64,000 bases of DNA from an uncultured Chloroflexia bacterium. GTDB lineage: Bacteria; Chloroflexota; Anaerolineae; JAAYZQ01. Of this stretch, positions 1-10,448 are shown piece after piece; within the stretch, counting starts at the first letter, position 1; every line of letters starts with the position of its first letter. The DNA lies in NCBI GenBank assembly GCA_963700285.1, contig CAVOXA010000010.1, forward strand, positions 864,001 to 928,000, read 5' to 3'. Under the pieces are notes generated by a model. That model saw only the letters and a list, made by a program, of their open reading frames with translations, was not told the origin of the DNA and ran no database searches. The position numbers were made by a program, and so were the translations under genes.

Positions 1-36
1 GAACCCGAGCGATCGCGTGTGACCCTTGCATGCCAT
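1..36 (-). CDS. 5' end of a gene running off the left edge (MACKGHTRSLGF...)
   Basis: Strong RBS AAGGAGG shortly before ATG at 34-36 on the minus strand, directly downstream of the MlrC-like gene; only 12 codons visible. Confidence 0.55.
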   Translation of the reverse strand, partial: MACKGHTRSLGF

Positions 37-77
37 GTCCTCCTTAGCGCGCATTTATGAATACCTCCCAAATGAGG

Positions 78-1604
78 TCATCCGTATACAACCGGTTCAG
101 GGATCCATTCAAAGTCCTCGAAGGGGTAGAGCGGCCAGGGTCTGCGTTGAAAGGGCAGCGAGGTCAGTTCGGGGCTGGTCACACCGGGCCCAGCCACGAA
201 CAGGATGCGCCGGGCGATAGGCGCGTAGCTGGCCTTGAACGTGGAATTGGACTTGGTGAGCACGATCCAGGCCTGCGCGGGCTCCAGGCCGACGGCCCTG
301 TAGAAATCGGGCGAATGGGTCCAGGTCCTTTCGCTGGTGATGACGACCTTTAACCGGTCCACCTCTAGCACCGACGTCAGGCCCATGTGCATGATCAGGC
401 CCGTGTAGGACGGACCCGAAATCCGAAACCGGCCGTCGAACAAGGTGCGCAGCACGCCTTCGAGGTGGATCGGCTGGTTGAACCGGCGGTCCATCTGGCC
501 GCCAACCCTGAGGGAGACCCGTTCTCCAAGGTTGTGCCGGGCGGCCGCCCGGGCAGCAGCCGCGTCCACGACTGTCACCAGCGCGTCGCCCGGCAGGCGC
601 TGCTCAACCTCCAACAGTTGCCGCAGCAAACGCGTTGCATCGCCGGTCGCCCCGCCGGCAATGGCATCAGCCGAGTCAGAGATCACAAAGGGCCCCGCCG
701 ATGATACGGCGCCCCCGGCCAAGGCCAGGTCGACGGCCTGCTCGACCGAGTGATACTCGGCGCTGAATGCGCCCCTCAGATTCCAAAGCTGCTGAGCCAG
801 AGACGCTGCCGTATCGGAAGCCCTGGCAGCAGTATCACCACTCGACTCCTCAAAGACCACCAAGATGGTTGCACCCAGGTGGGATACATCCAGCCAGGGC
901 TGCGGGTAAAAGATGGAGGTGGAGAGAATTCCCGCTCGCTCCCGTTCCGTGCGAGCTGCCTGGAGGAGATCCGCTGCGGGACCAGGCTCGCTGGTGTCTA
1001 CCGCTTCGGCAGGCAGATCCAGGGGTACTCGGACAAACGCCGTCCTCGGCTTGACTTGCTCGCGGACGATTTTGACCAGCAACTCGGCGGCCCGCACGCC
1101 TGTCTCGAATAGGTCGGTGTGGGGGCAGGTGTCAAAGCCGACGACCGCGTCGGCGTGCTCCAGCAGGCCGGAGGTTGGAACGGCATGGAGATCCAGCGAT
1201 ACCACCACCGGAATGACGCCAGATATCGTACGAAGCCTGGCGAGCAGGTCGCCCTCAGGGTCATCAAAGCCCTCCACGAGCATGGCCCCATGCAGGGCCA
1301 GCAGGATGCCGTCCGCCGGGAGCAGGGATTCAACCCGCTGGAGCAACTCCTCGCTCAGCACCTCATAGGCACCCTGCTCGACCGGTCCCGAGGACATGGC
1401 CATGGTCGCCAGGGTGGGCGCCATCTCTGCGCCTTCGCGCCGGGCCACAGCATAGAAGCCGCCTATCTCGGTGCCCGTACCGGCCAGGTGGTTCTCGACC
1501 TCGGCCCCCCGGTACAGGTGGTAGCTGCCAAAGTCGTGGAGGCCGGTCCGCAGCGGGGAGAAACTGTTGGCCTCCTGCTTGAATTCAGCGCAGATGAAGC
1601 GCAA
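78..1604 (-). CDS. M81 family metallopeptidase (MlrC-like)
   Basis: 508 aa; motifs QEANSF, LHGAM, SLDLHA, PHTD, D-x-A-D-x-x-x-GGATGD typical of MlrC. Confidence 0.9.
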   Translation of the reverse strand: MRFICAEFKQEANSFSPLRTGLHDFGSYHLYRGAEVENHLAGTGTEIGGFYAVARREGAEMAPTLATMAMSSGPVEQGAYEVLSEELLQRVESLLPADGILLALHGAMLVEGFDDPEGDLLARLRTISGVIPVVVSLDLHAVPTSGLLEHADAVVGFDTCPHTDLFETGVRAAELLVKIVREQVKPRTAFVRVPLDLPAEAVDTSEPGPAADLLQAARTERERAGILSTSIFYPQPWLDVSHLGATILVVFEESSGDTAARASDTAASLAQQLWNLRGAFSAEYHSVEQAVDLALAGGAVSSAGPFVISDSADAIAGGATGDATRLLRQLLEVEQRLPGDALVTVVDAAAARAAARHNLGERVSLRVGGQMDRRFNQPIHLEGVLRTLFDGRFRISGPSYTGLIMHMGLTSVLEVDRLKVVITSERTWTHSPDFYRAVGLEPAQAWIVLTKSNSTFKASYAPIARRILFVAGPGVTSPELTSLPFQRRPWPLYPFEDFEWIPEPVVYG

Positions 1605-1607
1605 GGT

Positions 1608-3467
1608 TCATCTCCAAAGATCGTCGGCCACGTCGGCCATGCCCAGCCGTTCAAGTACCTCGCGCTTGGGCACCGCGGCATCCTGCGTCCAGCCAACGTC
1701 GTCCAGATACTCTTTCTGCAGGCGCTCGATCTGGACGGATATGCCAGCCGTGGGACCGTCGGGCAGGGCGGGATAGCCATAGGCCCGCTTGGGGATGGAG
1801 TAGGCCACCGGGTTGATGCCGTCGCGCACGGTGAATGCCTGGCGGATGTTGGCGATGCGCTCGCCCGCGGCCAGCATGTCGTCGACGGTGAAGGGCTGGC
1901 CAGTGACGGCGCTCATGAACTCAGGCACGAACTCGACGCGCGTGGAGAGGTAGCCGAACAGGCAGGCACCCGAGGCGTTCATGGTGTGGCACAGGAAACT
2001 GGCCTCTTTGATCCACTCCCCGCGGCCCTCCTGCGCCTCCCGTTCGACGCCAAAGCCGGGGCGCGGGCTGTCATGGCCCTCCGGCACCAGGTATTGGCAG
2101 GCCTGGGTGTGCCGGCCTGGTGTGGCCTCGATCTTGTAGATAACGCCCATCGCAGGTTCAAAGCGCGGATCGTGCATGGCCAGTTCCTGCCCGCCGACGT
2201 GGACGGCAAAGGGCTCGGCCGCAGGTCCTAGGTGCTCGGCGGCACGCTGCACGCCATCGGCCAGCAGATCGCCGAAATCCTGACGCAGAGCCAGCTTTTG
2301 GAGCATGGTATTCATGGCCCGGTGATCGCCCCAGGAAAGCTCGAGGCCGCCAGTGTCTTCCAACCCGATGAGGCCCTCTTGGAAGCACTCGATGGCAAAG
2401 GCCACGCAGGCGCCGGCCGAGATGGTGTCCAGGCCGTAGCGGTTACACAGGTCGTTGGCCTTGATGAGCGCCGGGTAGTCATCGACCAGGGCCATGCTGC
2501 CAAAGGCGGCGCCGGTTTCGTACTCGGGCTGGTGCGCTTCGATGAGTTCGCCACCGTACTCAACACGGCTGGTTCCCCAGCAGGCGATGGGGCATTGCCA
2601 GCAGGCCTCCTTCTTGACGCGATATTTGAGCAGTTCCTGGAACGAAAGGCTGTCTGGATCAGAGATGGCTTTGACGCTGGCTCCCCAGTTGCGGGTGGGG
2701 GAATCGCCGTTCACTGCACCGACCGGGGTGTAGCCGGGCGTGGCCTCATTGCGGTACGAGTCGGAAAAGCCCACGCCGCTGGTGATCTGTTTGACGTACT
2801 TTTGCCTGACTTTTTTGACCGCCGCCGGGTCAGCCAGGGGTACCTCTTTACTGCCCCGGGCGGCGATCATCTTGAGTTTTTTGCTGCCCATCACCGCGCC
2901 GACGCCTGAGCGGCCGGCGGCACGGCCTTTGTAGTGGATCACCGACGAGATCAGGGACAGCTTTTCGCCGGCAGGACCGATGCAAGCCGCCTCAACATCG
3001 TCGCCCAGCTCGGCCTTGGTCCAATCTTCGATCTCGTAGCAGTCCATGCCCCATAGATGGCTAGCGTCACGAAGCTCGGCCTGGCCATCGTCCAGGTAAA
3101 GGTACACTGGATGGTCGGCGATGCCCCTGACATAGACCGCATCGTAGCCGGCCTGCTTGAGGGCGACGCCAAAGAACCCGCTGGCGTTGGCATCGCCCCA
3201 GGTTCCGGTCAGCGGGGACTTGCAGACGACGGTCCAACGCGTGCCGGTGGGTGCCGGCGTGCCGGTCAGCGGCCCCGTGGTAAAGCCCAAGATGTTGTCC
3301 GGCCCCAGCGGGTCGGTTCCCGGCTCCATCAGATCATAAAACAGGCGCGCGCTTGTGCCATAGCCGCCGATAAAGTCGCGCAGCAACCCCTCATCGGGGG
3401 TCTCTTCCCGGATCGATCCTTCGGTCAGGTCGACCCACAAAAACTTGCCCATATAGCCACCCAGCAT
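1608..3467 (-). CDS. Aldehyde:ferredoxin oxidoreductase family protein (tungstopterin)
   Basis: 619 aa; KSPLTG, AGRSGVGAVMGSKKLK, CWQCPIAC Fe-S motif, PEYET, GLDTIS, HDPR; RBS AAGGAGG. Confidence 0.95.
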   Translation of the reverse strand: MLGGYMGKFLWVDLTEGSIREETPDEGLLRDFIGGYGTSARLFYDLMEPGTDPLGPDNILGFTTGPLTGTPAPTGTRWTVVCKSPLTGTWGDANASGFFGVALKQAGYDAVYVRGIADHPVYLYLDDGQAELRDASHLWGMDCYEIEDWTKAELGDDVEAACIGPAGEKLSLISSVIHYKGRAAGRSGVGAVMGSKKLKMIAARGSKEVPLADPAAVKKVRQKYVKQITSGVGFSDSYRNEATPGYTPVGAVNGDSPTRNWGASVKAISDPDSLSFQELLKYRVKKEACWQCPIACWGTSRVEYGGELIEAHQPEYETGAAFGSMALVDDYPALIKANDLCNRYGLDTISAGACVAFAIECFQEGLIGLEDTGGLELSWGDHRAMNTMLQKLALRQDFGDLLADGVQRAAEHLGPAAEPFAVHVGGQELAMHDPRFEPAMGVIYKIEATPGRHTQACQYLVPEGHDSPRPGFGVEREAQEGRGEWIKEASFLCHTMNASGACLFGYLSTRVEFVPEFMSAVTGQPFTVDDMLAAGERIANIRQAFTVRDGINPVAYSIPKRAYGYPALPDGPTAGISVQIERLQKEYLDDVGWTQDAAVPKREVLERLGMADVADDLWR

Positions 3468-3494
3468 CTTACCCTCCTTTGTCTGTCTCCATGT

Positions 3495-4928
3495 CTATCG
3501 CCAGCCCCGCTGTCCGGCCAGCCCCCTGCTGGGAGCAGGGGTAAATTTCTTGTCCGGTTCGCCCACCAGTTGGCCATCCCTGACCCACTTGAGATCACTG
3601 CCATAGAGGCTGCTTGCTAGCAAACCGGCCAAGTCACTGCGCACATCGACATGCGCGGGATCGCCCGCCATGTCGTGCATCTCCTGGGGGTCCGATTCCA
3701 GGTCAAAGAGCTGAAAGCGGTTGCCGACGGGGTACCAGATCAACTTGTACCGGCCAGCGCGGACCATGCGCATGGCGCGGTCGTCCTCCCAATGCTCGCA
3801 GTAGAGGTGGTCGCGTCGATGGGTAGAGAGCAGTGAGTGACCCTCCACCGTCTCGGGGATCGGGATGCCGGCCAGGTCCAGCAGTGTGGGCATGACGTCG
3901 CGCAGGGCGACCAATCGGTCGTCGACTTGGTGGTGACCCATGCGCTCATACCTGGCCGTTGGCATCAGGATCATGGGTACCCGGGACGACCACTCGTGCA
4001 TGGTCGGCTTGGCCCACAGGTTGTGGTGGCCCAGCATATCGCCGTGATCGCTGGTGAACAGAAGGATGGTGTCGTCTAGCAGGCCCTCTTCGCTCAAGGT
4101 ACCGATGAGGAGCCTCATCTGGTGATCGATGTAGGTGCACTGGGCGTAGAAGCCCATACGGGCGAGCTTTGTCCCGGTCGGATCCAGCCGCGAGCGTTTG
4201 TCCATGTGGAGCTTCAGGGCGTAGGGCAGCTGGCAAAAGTCCTTAACCCACTCGCCGATGAAGGGCTCGTCCACACCCAGGTTGCGGTACATGTCCAGAT
4301 ACTCCTGAGGTGGTGTAACCGGCGGATGGGGTGTAACGAAGGAGCAGTACCAAAAACCAGGGCGCGTTGGATCGCGGCGCTGGATGACGCGGCACATCTG
4401 CCGCACCGTCCAATGGGTGGGATGGCAGTATTCCGGAAGGTGCCAGGGGCGCGTGCAGTACTCGTTGTTGCCCATGGCGTGAGTGAGTTCCTGGCCGGCA
4501 TAGCCTTCATCGGCCAGAAACAGCTCATAGTCATCCCTGCCACCGCCCAGATGGTGCCGTCCTTCCTCGTTGAGGATTACGTCATCAAAGCCGATGCGGT
4601 CCCGCTGGGGGTAGATGTGGAGTTTGCCCACGGCAAATGCCTGATAGCCGGCATCGCGGAACACCTGCGGCAGGGTAGGCAGCCCAGGGTCCATCTCCTG
4701 GTACTCGTCAAAAACGCGGTCGCCGTGGGTTTGGGCCCTGGTACCAGTCATGAGCGCCCGTCGCGCCGGGATGCAGGTGGCCGTCGTCGAGTAGGCCTGG
4801 GTATAGAGCGTGCCGTTGTCGGCCAGCCGGTCCAGCGTGGGGGTGAGAATACGTCCGTGGCCCACGGACCCGAGGAGTGGCCCGGGCCAATGGTCCACGC
4901 AGATGAGTAGTACATTCGGTCGCGTCAT
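3495..4928 (-). CDS. Sulfatase family hydrolase (Cys-type, cytoplasmic)
   Basis: RPNVLLICVD start, CIPAR = CxPxR formylglycine motif, GKLH, TSDHG; no signal peptide visible. Confidence 0.93.
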   Translation of the reverse strand: MTRPNVLLICVDHWPGPLLGSVGHGRILTPTLDRLADNGTLYTQAYSTTATCIPARRALMTGTRAQTHGDRVFDEYQEMDPGLPTLPQVFRDAGYQAFAVGKLHIYPQRDRIGFDDVILNEEGRHHLGGGRDDYELFLADEGYAGQELTHAMGNNEYCTRPWHLPEYCHPTHWTVRQMCRVIQRRDPTRPGFWYCSFVTPHPPVTPPQEYLDMYRNLGVDEPFIGEWVKDFCQLPYALKLHMDKRSRLDPTGTKLARMGFYAQCTYIDHQMRLLIGTLSEEGLLDDTILLFTSDHGDMLGHHNLWAKPTMHEWSSRVPMILMPTARYERMGHHQVDDRLVALRDVMPTLLDLAGIPIPETVEGHSLLSTHRRDHLYCEHWEDDRAMRMVRAGRYKLIWYPVGNRFQLFDLESDPQEMHDMAGDPAHVDVRSDLAGLLASSLYGSDLKWVRDGQLVGEPDKKFTPAPSRGLAGQRGWR

Positions 4929-4969
4929 GGACAGATCCTGTTTGAAACGCAGGCGAAATCCCGCCAGGG

Positions 4970-5020
4970 TGTAACCGGTTTCTCGGTTAACAGTTTACCA
5001 CAGGCCTGCCCCCGTGTCAA
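4970..5020 (-). promoter_or_regulatory. sigma70 promoter TTGACA-N17-TAAACT with downstream LacI-type operator
   Basis: -35 at 5015-5020, extended -10 at 4992-4997; palindrome TGTAACCGGTTTCT at 4970-4983. Confidence 0.75.
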
Positions 5021-6081
5021 GACTGAATAGAGACTGCCTGACCACTCCCGGCTGATTCGTAGGCGGCATCGAGTACCTGCAAAACACGGACGGCATCTGC
5101 GGCCGTATAGATGGGATCTCGAGCCTTCTCGTTGATGCAACGTGCAAAATCACGGAGCAGCAGCTCCCCGGTGCCGCTACCATAGGTGCCGACCGGAGGT
5201 CTGGGGAAATCAAATACTCTGGTAGGAGCAGCGATCCAGTCAGGGTGCTCGCTGTGAACGGTAAAGCGCCGGCCAGACATGGCATCCCAATGGACCCATC
5301 CCTGGGAACCGCGAAGGCCCAGGAATGTCTGCCCCCCGCTGGGCAGCAGATAGCCCACGTGCAGGCTGCCCAGCATGCCATTGCCGAACTTGAGCAGGCA
5401 GGCGGCCGTGTCCTCTACGTCGATCTCGTCCGTTGTCTGCTGCGCCGTCATGGCCATGACTGAGGTTATGGGCTGCCGGGTGACATGCAGCATCAGATCC
5501 AGAAAATGGCATCCCAACCACTGGAGCATGCCTCCGCGGCTCACCGTGTCGCGAAACAGGTAGGATGCGGGATCCCGATGGGCGGGTTCGCCCTCGCGGC
5601 GCCCCACCTTGGAGGTAATCCACTGCATCTCGATGGACCATAGCTGTCCCAGGATGCCATCATCGACCAGTGAGCAGATCTTCTGGATGATGGGATCGAG
5701 GCGCCAGCAGTACCCGGCGTAGAACACCGTGTCCGATTCCAGGGCGCCGGCCACCTCCTCCATCGCCTGCGCCGTCCGGGCCACCGGTTTCTCGGCCATG
5801 ACGTGTATTCCAGCCTTGGCCAGGGTCAGCAGGGCGCCTTCCGCCTCCTGAAGGGGAAGCATGACCAGCGCTGCCTGGATCTGATGGCCGGCCAGCAACT
5901 CGCCAAGATCGCCATAGACGGGGAGCTGGTCAAAAGGAGGGAGCAGGAGCTCCTGTGCCCTTGAGGGACAGGGATCATAGTGTGCGACCGGGGCAAGTTC
6001 GGGTACGGCAAGCAAGGTACTGTACCAGTCCATCGCGTGGGGATGATCTATACCGACCAGGGCTATGGGAATCATTGTCAC
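5017..6081 (-). CDS. Gfo/Idh/MocA family oxidoreductase
   Basis: HVMAEKP motif, GGMLQWLGCHFLD, VEDTA; start set at GTG 6081 after RBS AAGGAG. Confidence 0.9.
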   Translation of the reverse strand: MTMIPIALVGIDHPHAMDWYSTLLAVPELAPVAHYDPCPSRAQELLLPPFDQLPVYGDLGELLAGHQIQAALVMLPLQEAEGALLTLAKAGIHVMAEKPVARTAQAMEEVAGALESDTVFYAGYCWRLDPIIQKICSLVDDGILGQLWSIEMQWITSKVGRREGEPAHRDPASYLFRDTVSRGGMLQWLGCHFLDLMLHVTRQPITSVMAMTAQQTTDEIDVEDTAACLLKFGNGMLGSLHVGYLLPSGGQTFLGLRGSQGWVHWDAMSGRRFTVHSEHPDWIAAPTRVFDFPRPPVGTYGSGTGELLLRDFARCINEKARDPIYTAADAVRVLQVLDAAYESAGSGQAVSIQS

Positions 6082-6186
6082 GTGGTATCTCCTTTTCGTG
6101 ATGTGCGTCAACTTCCGGTACAACGCGCTTGATCCTGTACGAGATCGCGGGTCGCCACCGGGATCTGCCTATTGAGCAGTGGCCGG

Positions 6187-7230
6187 CTAGGTAGCCAAGG
6201 GCGCCTTACTGCTCGCCGTATGATCTTGCACCGCTGGTGGTGGGGCTGTGGATTCCCCAACCACGAGCATCGGTGCCAGGCGCATCAGGACGTGGGATGG
6301 CGGCGCTTCGCCCCTGATACGCCGCAGCAGGAGGTTGGCAGCCTCCCGCCCGAGTTCATAGACAGGTTGCTGGATAACCGTCAGCGATGGCCTAAAGAGG
6401 GAAAAGCAGGGCATGTCGCCAAAGCTGGCTACAGAGAGATCGTTGGGGACCTGGATCCCCTTGGCCTGGATCGCTCTCAGTGCACCGAGAGCCATGTCGT
6501 TGTTGGTGACAAAGAGCGCGGTCGGACGGGTTTCGGGTTTCAAGATCTCCAGTGCTTTTTGATATCCGCCCTCCTCTGTCAGACCACCGTAGTGAACCAG
6601 ATCGGGATCGAAGGGAATGCCGGCATCCTCCAGCGCCCGCTTGTAGCCCTGAAAACGTTCCTGACTTACGATAGAGTCCCAGAGTCCTACGATCAATCCA
6701 ATGCGCCGGTGCCCCAGCTCGATGATGTGCTCAGTCACCATGCGGCTGCCTGATTCACAATCCAACAGAACCGTGTCGACAGGACACTCTGGTATGGGAC
6801 GCGCAACACATACAAGGGGGATATCCCGCGTCTGCAGGGGCTCGCACAGGTCCATGGATGCCGGGACGAGGATCACGCCGGCTACCCGTTGGGCCAGCAT
6901 GATCTCGGCATAGATCTGCTCTTTCTCAGGATCTTCGTCGGAATTGCACAGCAACAGACCGTAGCGATTCTCATGGGCGGCATCCTCGATGGCCCGGGCC
7001 AACGACGTGAAGAAGGGGTTCCCAATATCGGGCAGAATCAAGCCGATGACCTGCGCGGTCTGTGACCTCATGCCCTGGGCCAGGGCACTGGGCTGGTAGT
7101 CCAGATCCTGCATCGCCTGCTCGACGCGGGTTTGGAGGTGGGGCTTGACCTTGGGGTTGTTGTTGAGCACGCGTGAGACTGTGGCGACCGATACGCCTGC
7201 CTGCCGGGCAACGTCTCGGATTGTGGCCAT
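6187..7230 (-). CDS. LacI family transcriptional regulator
   Basis: MATIRDVARQAGVSVATVSRVLN HTH followed by a sugar-binding domain (NPFF, VPNDLSVASFGD). Confidence 0.97.
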   Translation of the reverse strand: MATIRDVARQAGVSVATVSRVLNNNPKVKPHLQTRVEQAMQDLDYQPSALAQGMRSQTAQVIGLILPDIGNPFFTSLARAIEDAAHENRYGLLLCNSDEDPEKEQIYAEIMLAQRVAGVILVPASMDLCEPLQTRDIPLVCVARPIPECPVDTVLLDCESGSRMVTEHIIELGHRRIGLIVGLWDSIVSQERFQGYKRALEDAGIPFDPDLVHYGGLTEEGGYQKALEILKPETRPTALFVTNNDMALGALRAIQAKGIQVPNDLSVASFGDMPCFSLFRPSLTVIQQPVYELGREAANLLLRRIRGEAPPSHVLMRLAPMLVVGESTAPPPAVQDHTASSKAPLAT

Positions 7231-7545
7231 CTTGCCCTCCTAGCTTGTATACAATTCCAGGATCAAGAATCGTATCCCGAGCGGATTGCGGTTTCTCGAG
7301 ACAGAATGACGGCCTTGACTCAGAGCGCCGGACTTTGGTCCGGCCAGAGCCAGACTGTGTGAAAATTCACTCACCAGCTCCAGGCGAACCACAGTCCGCC
7401 GATCCATGCGCGCAGGTACTGGACTGTGTCCCCAAAGTGCGGGGATCGGGTCCAGCACGAGCGTTTTCGCACGATCTCGAGCGGGACGAGACACGGGCTG
7501 CGCCGCCCTGCGAGCGAACAGCCCCTTGCCCTTCACCCTACGCAG

Positions 7546-8670
7546 TTATAGCTTCTCGGTATCCTTTCGTTGGCCATACTTTTCTACGACCGCCGTGACC
7601 CAGCGCACCCGGTCCAGGTTGCCATCGGTGGGAACGTTGTCGCCGGTGCCCAGGACCAGGTGCCCGTTGATCTGGGCGCAGTCCAGGATGTCCAGGACCT
7701 GGGTCTCATACTCCTCTCGTGATGATTCGGAACGAAAGTAAGTCGAGGCAATGCCGCCCCAGATGGCCATCTTCTGGCCCCAGATCTCTTGGGCCTCCCT
7801 GACAGTTAGGTGCGTCATCGGCGGCGAGGTGAATGCCTCGCCAACGTCAAAGCCCGACTCGAGGATCAGTTCCAGAAGTTGGCGGTTGTCGCCGTCCACG
7901 TGGGTGGATACAATTTTGCCCTCCGCGTGCAACCTGGATACTGCCTTTTCAAAGTAGGGCAGAAAGAACCTGCGATAGATCGGCGGCGGGGTGATGGCCA
8001 TGTCATAGTTGCCATCGAGGGAGGCGATGGCGGCTGCCGATTCGGCTACGACGCTCACCGTCTGGTCCCGGACCCGCTCCAGGGCGTCCAGCAATTGCTG
8101 CAGCAGGTCCGGGTGATCGTGCAACTCGTAGTAGAACTGTTCGTGGCCAACGTATTCGATCATGGCTGAGGATGCCGGACAGTGTCCGGTATGGACCAGA
8201 GCGCAGCCATCGTTGCCGATGAGGTCGAGTTCGGCCTGGAGCTTTTCGTGCTGGGGAATGATCTCGGTGTGCTCCAGCATAAAGAGAACTGGCCCATAGT
8301 CTTGGGGGCCGGAGATCAGGTACTTGGTTCTCAGTCCGCGAACAGCTTGAGCTTCCAGCTCGGCAGTGCGCTTCCAGACCATCGAAGCTGTACCGACCGG
8401 AGTGACGTATTCGACCAGCGTTTCGTGGCCCTTTTGGATCTCCCGCACCTCGACATCGTGCAATACCTGGCGCCAGGCGTCCCGAAAATGGGATTTGATG
8501 CCTATGCCCAGGTCGCGGGTAACGTCATAGATGTGCCAGCCACGGTACTTCTCTGGCAGCCGTCCGTCGCGCTGGGCAGCGTTGAACCACAGCTCCCAGC
8601 GCGGCGCCCAGGGGATGTGGTCCACAGGCTGCCCGCGGATCGTGGATAGGATGCGTTCCCTGTAGTTCAT
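7546..8670 (-). CDS. Uroporphyrinogen decarboxylase-like (UroD/MT2 fold) protein
   Basis: MNYRERILSTIRGQPVDHIPWAP start, THVDG, IWGGI, LGTGDNVP; start at ATG 8670. Confidence 0.8.
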   Translation of the reverse strand: MNYRERILSTIRGQPVDHIPWAPRWELWFNAAQRDGRLPEKYRGWHIYDVTRDLGIGIKSHFRDAWRQVLHDVEVREIQKGHETLVEYVTPVGTASMVWKRTAELEAQAVRGLRTKYLISGPQDYGPVLFMLEHTEIIPQHEKLQAELDLIGNDGCALVHTGHCPASSAMIEYVGHEQFYYELHDHPDLLQQLLDALERVRDQTVSVVAESAAAIASLDGNYDMAITPPPIYRRFFLPYFEKAVSRLHAEGKIVSTHVDGDNRQLLELILESGFDVGEAFTSPPMTHLTVREAQEIWGQKMAIWGGIASTYFRSESSREEYETQVLDILDCAQINGHLVLGTGDNVPTDGNLDRVRWVTAVVEKYGQRKDTEKL

Positions 8671-8781
8671 TGCGTCTGCCTCTCCTCCGGCAGCTCTCAG
8701 CGGGCCCAAGTTCCCGCGCAGCCGGGAGTTACCAGCAGGTGAGTGCCTATGGCCCAGAAAAGAATGGGGCTCCCGGGCACA

Positions 8782-9552
8782 TCATGCCAGTTGGCGGCGA
8801 TACTCGGCTTCGACGGCCTGCACCTGGGTGCGCATGTGGCTGAGCGCCGACCCAATCGAGAACATCCGCATGCCCATATCATAGTAGAAACGCACTTGCT
8901 GGGCGCTACATACAAGCCCTACCGCCAGATCGTTGTTCCGGGCCGCCTGGCATACGCGGCGGAACAGCTCGTGGCTTTGGTCGCTGGCTACGTCGCCCGG
9001 TATGCCCAGGGTCAGCGATAGGTCCAGCGGGCCGATAAAAAGGACGTCCACGCCCGGAACGGATGCTATCGCGTCTACATTGTTCACCGCTTCCACGGTC
9101 TCGATCTGCAACACCACCATGGTCTCCCGGTTCGAGATCTCGAGCCTCTCAGCGGGGGGCAGGGTAGAAAAATCGAACTGCGACGGGCTGCCCATGCCCC
9201 GGATACCCAGTGGTGGATGCTTGACCCACTGCACCGCCATCTCGGCTTGCTCCCGGTGTTCCACACGGGGGATCATGACGGAAAGCAGGCCGGTGTCCAG
9301 CGAGCGTGCCACCCAGTGATAGTCCAGGTTAGGGATGCGGGCCACGCCGTCGATCCCCAGCAGGTTTGAAACCTGGGCCACGTCCAGCAATCCGCTGATA
9401 TCTGCGGAGCCATGCTCCAGGTCCAGGAACAACCACTCTACGCCGCAGACGGCCAACGTCCGGAGCGTGGGCAGGTCAACAGGAAAGGTCGCTCCCACGC
9501 CAAATACAGGTTCGTCGTTTTTCAATGCTTGCTTGAGCTTGTTATGTAGCAC
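8782..9552 (-). CDS. HpcH/HpaI (class II pyruvate) aldolase family protein
   Basis: FLDLEHG, VARIP, QIET, LFIGPLDLS motifs. Confidence 0.92.
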   Translation of the reverse strand: MLHNKLKQALKNDEPVFGVGATFPVDLPTLRTLAVCGVEWLFLDLEHGSADISGLLDVAQVSNLLGIDGVARIPNLDYHWVARSLDTGLLSVMIPRVEHREQAEMAVQWVKHPPLGIRGMGSPSQFDFSTLPPAERLEISNRETMVVLQIETVEAVNNVDAIASVPGVDVLFIGPLDLSLTLGIPGDVASDQSHELFRRVCQAARNNDLAVGLVCSAQQVRFYYDMGMRMFSIGSALSHMRTQVQAVEAEYRRQLA

Positions 9553-9591
9553 CGTACACTCCTTTGTGTTGAAATGAAGATCTTTAAGAAT

Positions 9592-10425
9592 CTAACGGTT
9601 CGACTCGTCCCCACTGATCTGGAAGTCTTTCCCTGGAACCATCGCCCCTACCTTGGACCCCCCTGCCGGGACGACTTGCCTGAACTCTTCCAGGAACTCG
9701 ACCAGACGCTCGATGGCCGCAGAAAGGATGTGCTGGCCCTTTTCGGCTGTGGCCAGGGTGGGGTCGCCGATGACGCCAGAACGGGTCAGCATTTGGAATG
9801 GAGCTTTGAGGCTCACGGGAGACTGGTGCATGTCATACCAGACAAAGCGGCTGCCTTTGAAAGGATAATCGATCTCTTTGACCGCCCGGGACATGTCCAC
9901 ATGCTCCGGGTCCAGGGCGAGCTGGGCTGAGGTCTCCATCTCGCAGGCGTGGGACATACCACCGGGCAGTTCTGACTCGCGGATCTTGTCCAGGACATCA
10001 GCGCAGAGGGACCACCAGTTGGCGGTAGCACAATAGGCATCGGTCTGCTCGATGATGACCATACCCGCCGTGCCCACCATGTTTGAGTTGTAACCATGCC
10101 CATTCAGGATCAGGATCCGCTTGAAACCCGAGCGGGCCAGGCTGCGGCCGATCTCTACCAGGTATCGGGTAAAGGTCTCGGCGCTGACGGATACGGTGCC
10201 GGCAAAAGCCAGGTCCTTTTCATTGTAGCCATAGTTGACAGGAGGCAGCACGACGTCGCCAGTTTGCCCGGCGGCCTCGGCGGCGATGTAGGCAGGGATG
10301 GCAACATCGGTGTCTACGGGCAGGTGGTGGCCATGCTGTTCTACGGTGCCGACGGGCAAGATCGCGATGGCGCCGCGCTCAATGGCTTTTGCCACTTCCT
10401 GTTGTTTCATTTTGGCCAGCAGCAT
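9592..10425 (-). CDS. Creatininase family amidohydrolase
   Basis: PVGTVEQHGHHLPVDTD, NGHGYN, HACEMETS, SGVIGDP. Confidence 0.93.
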   Translation of the reverse strand: MLLAKMKQQEVAKAIERGAIAILPVGTVEQHGHHLPVDTDVAIPAYIAAEAAGQTGDVVLPPVNYGYNEKDLAFAGTVSVSAETFTRYLVEIGRSLARSGFKRILILNGHGYNSNMVGTAGMVIIEQTDAYCATANWWSLCADVLDKIRESELPGGMSHACEMETSAQLALDPEHVDMSRAVKEIDYPFKGSRFVWYDMHQSPVSLKAPFQMLTRSGVIGDPTLATAEKGQHILSAAIERLVEFLEEFRQVVPAGGSKVGAMVPGKDFQISGDESNR

Positions 10426-10448
10426 CGCGTGTAACCCTCTCTCTCGTG

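Noticed and set aside
7240-7536. 98-aa ORF or structured RNA in the gap before lacI
   Set aside because: No recognisable motif and only short hairpins
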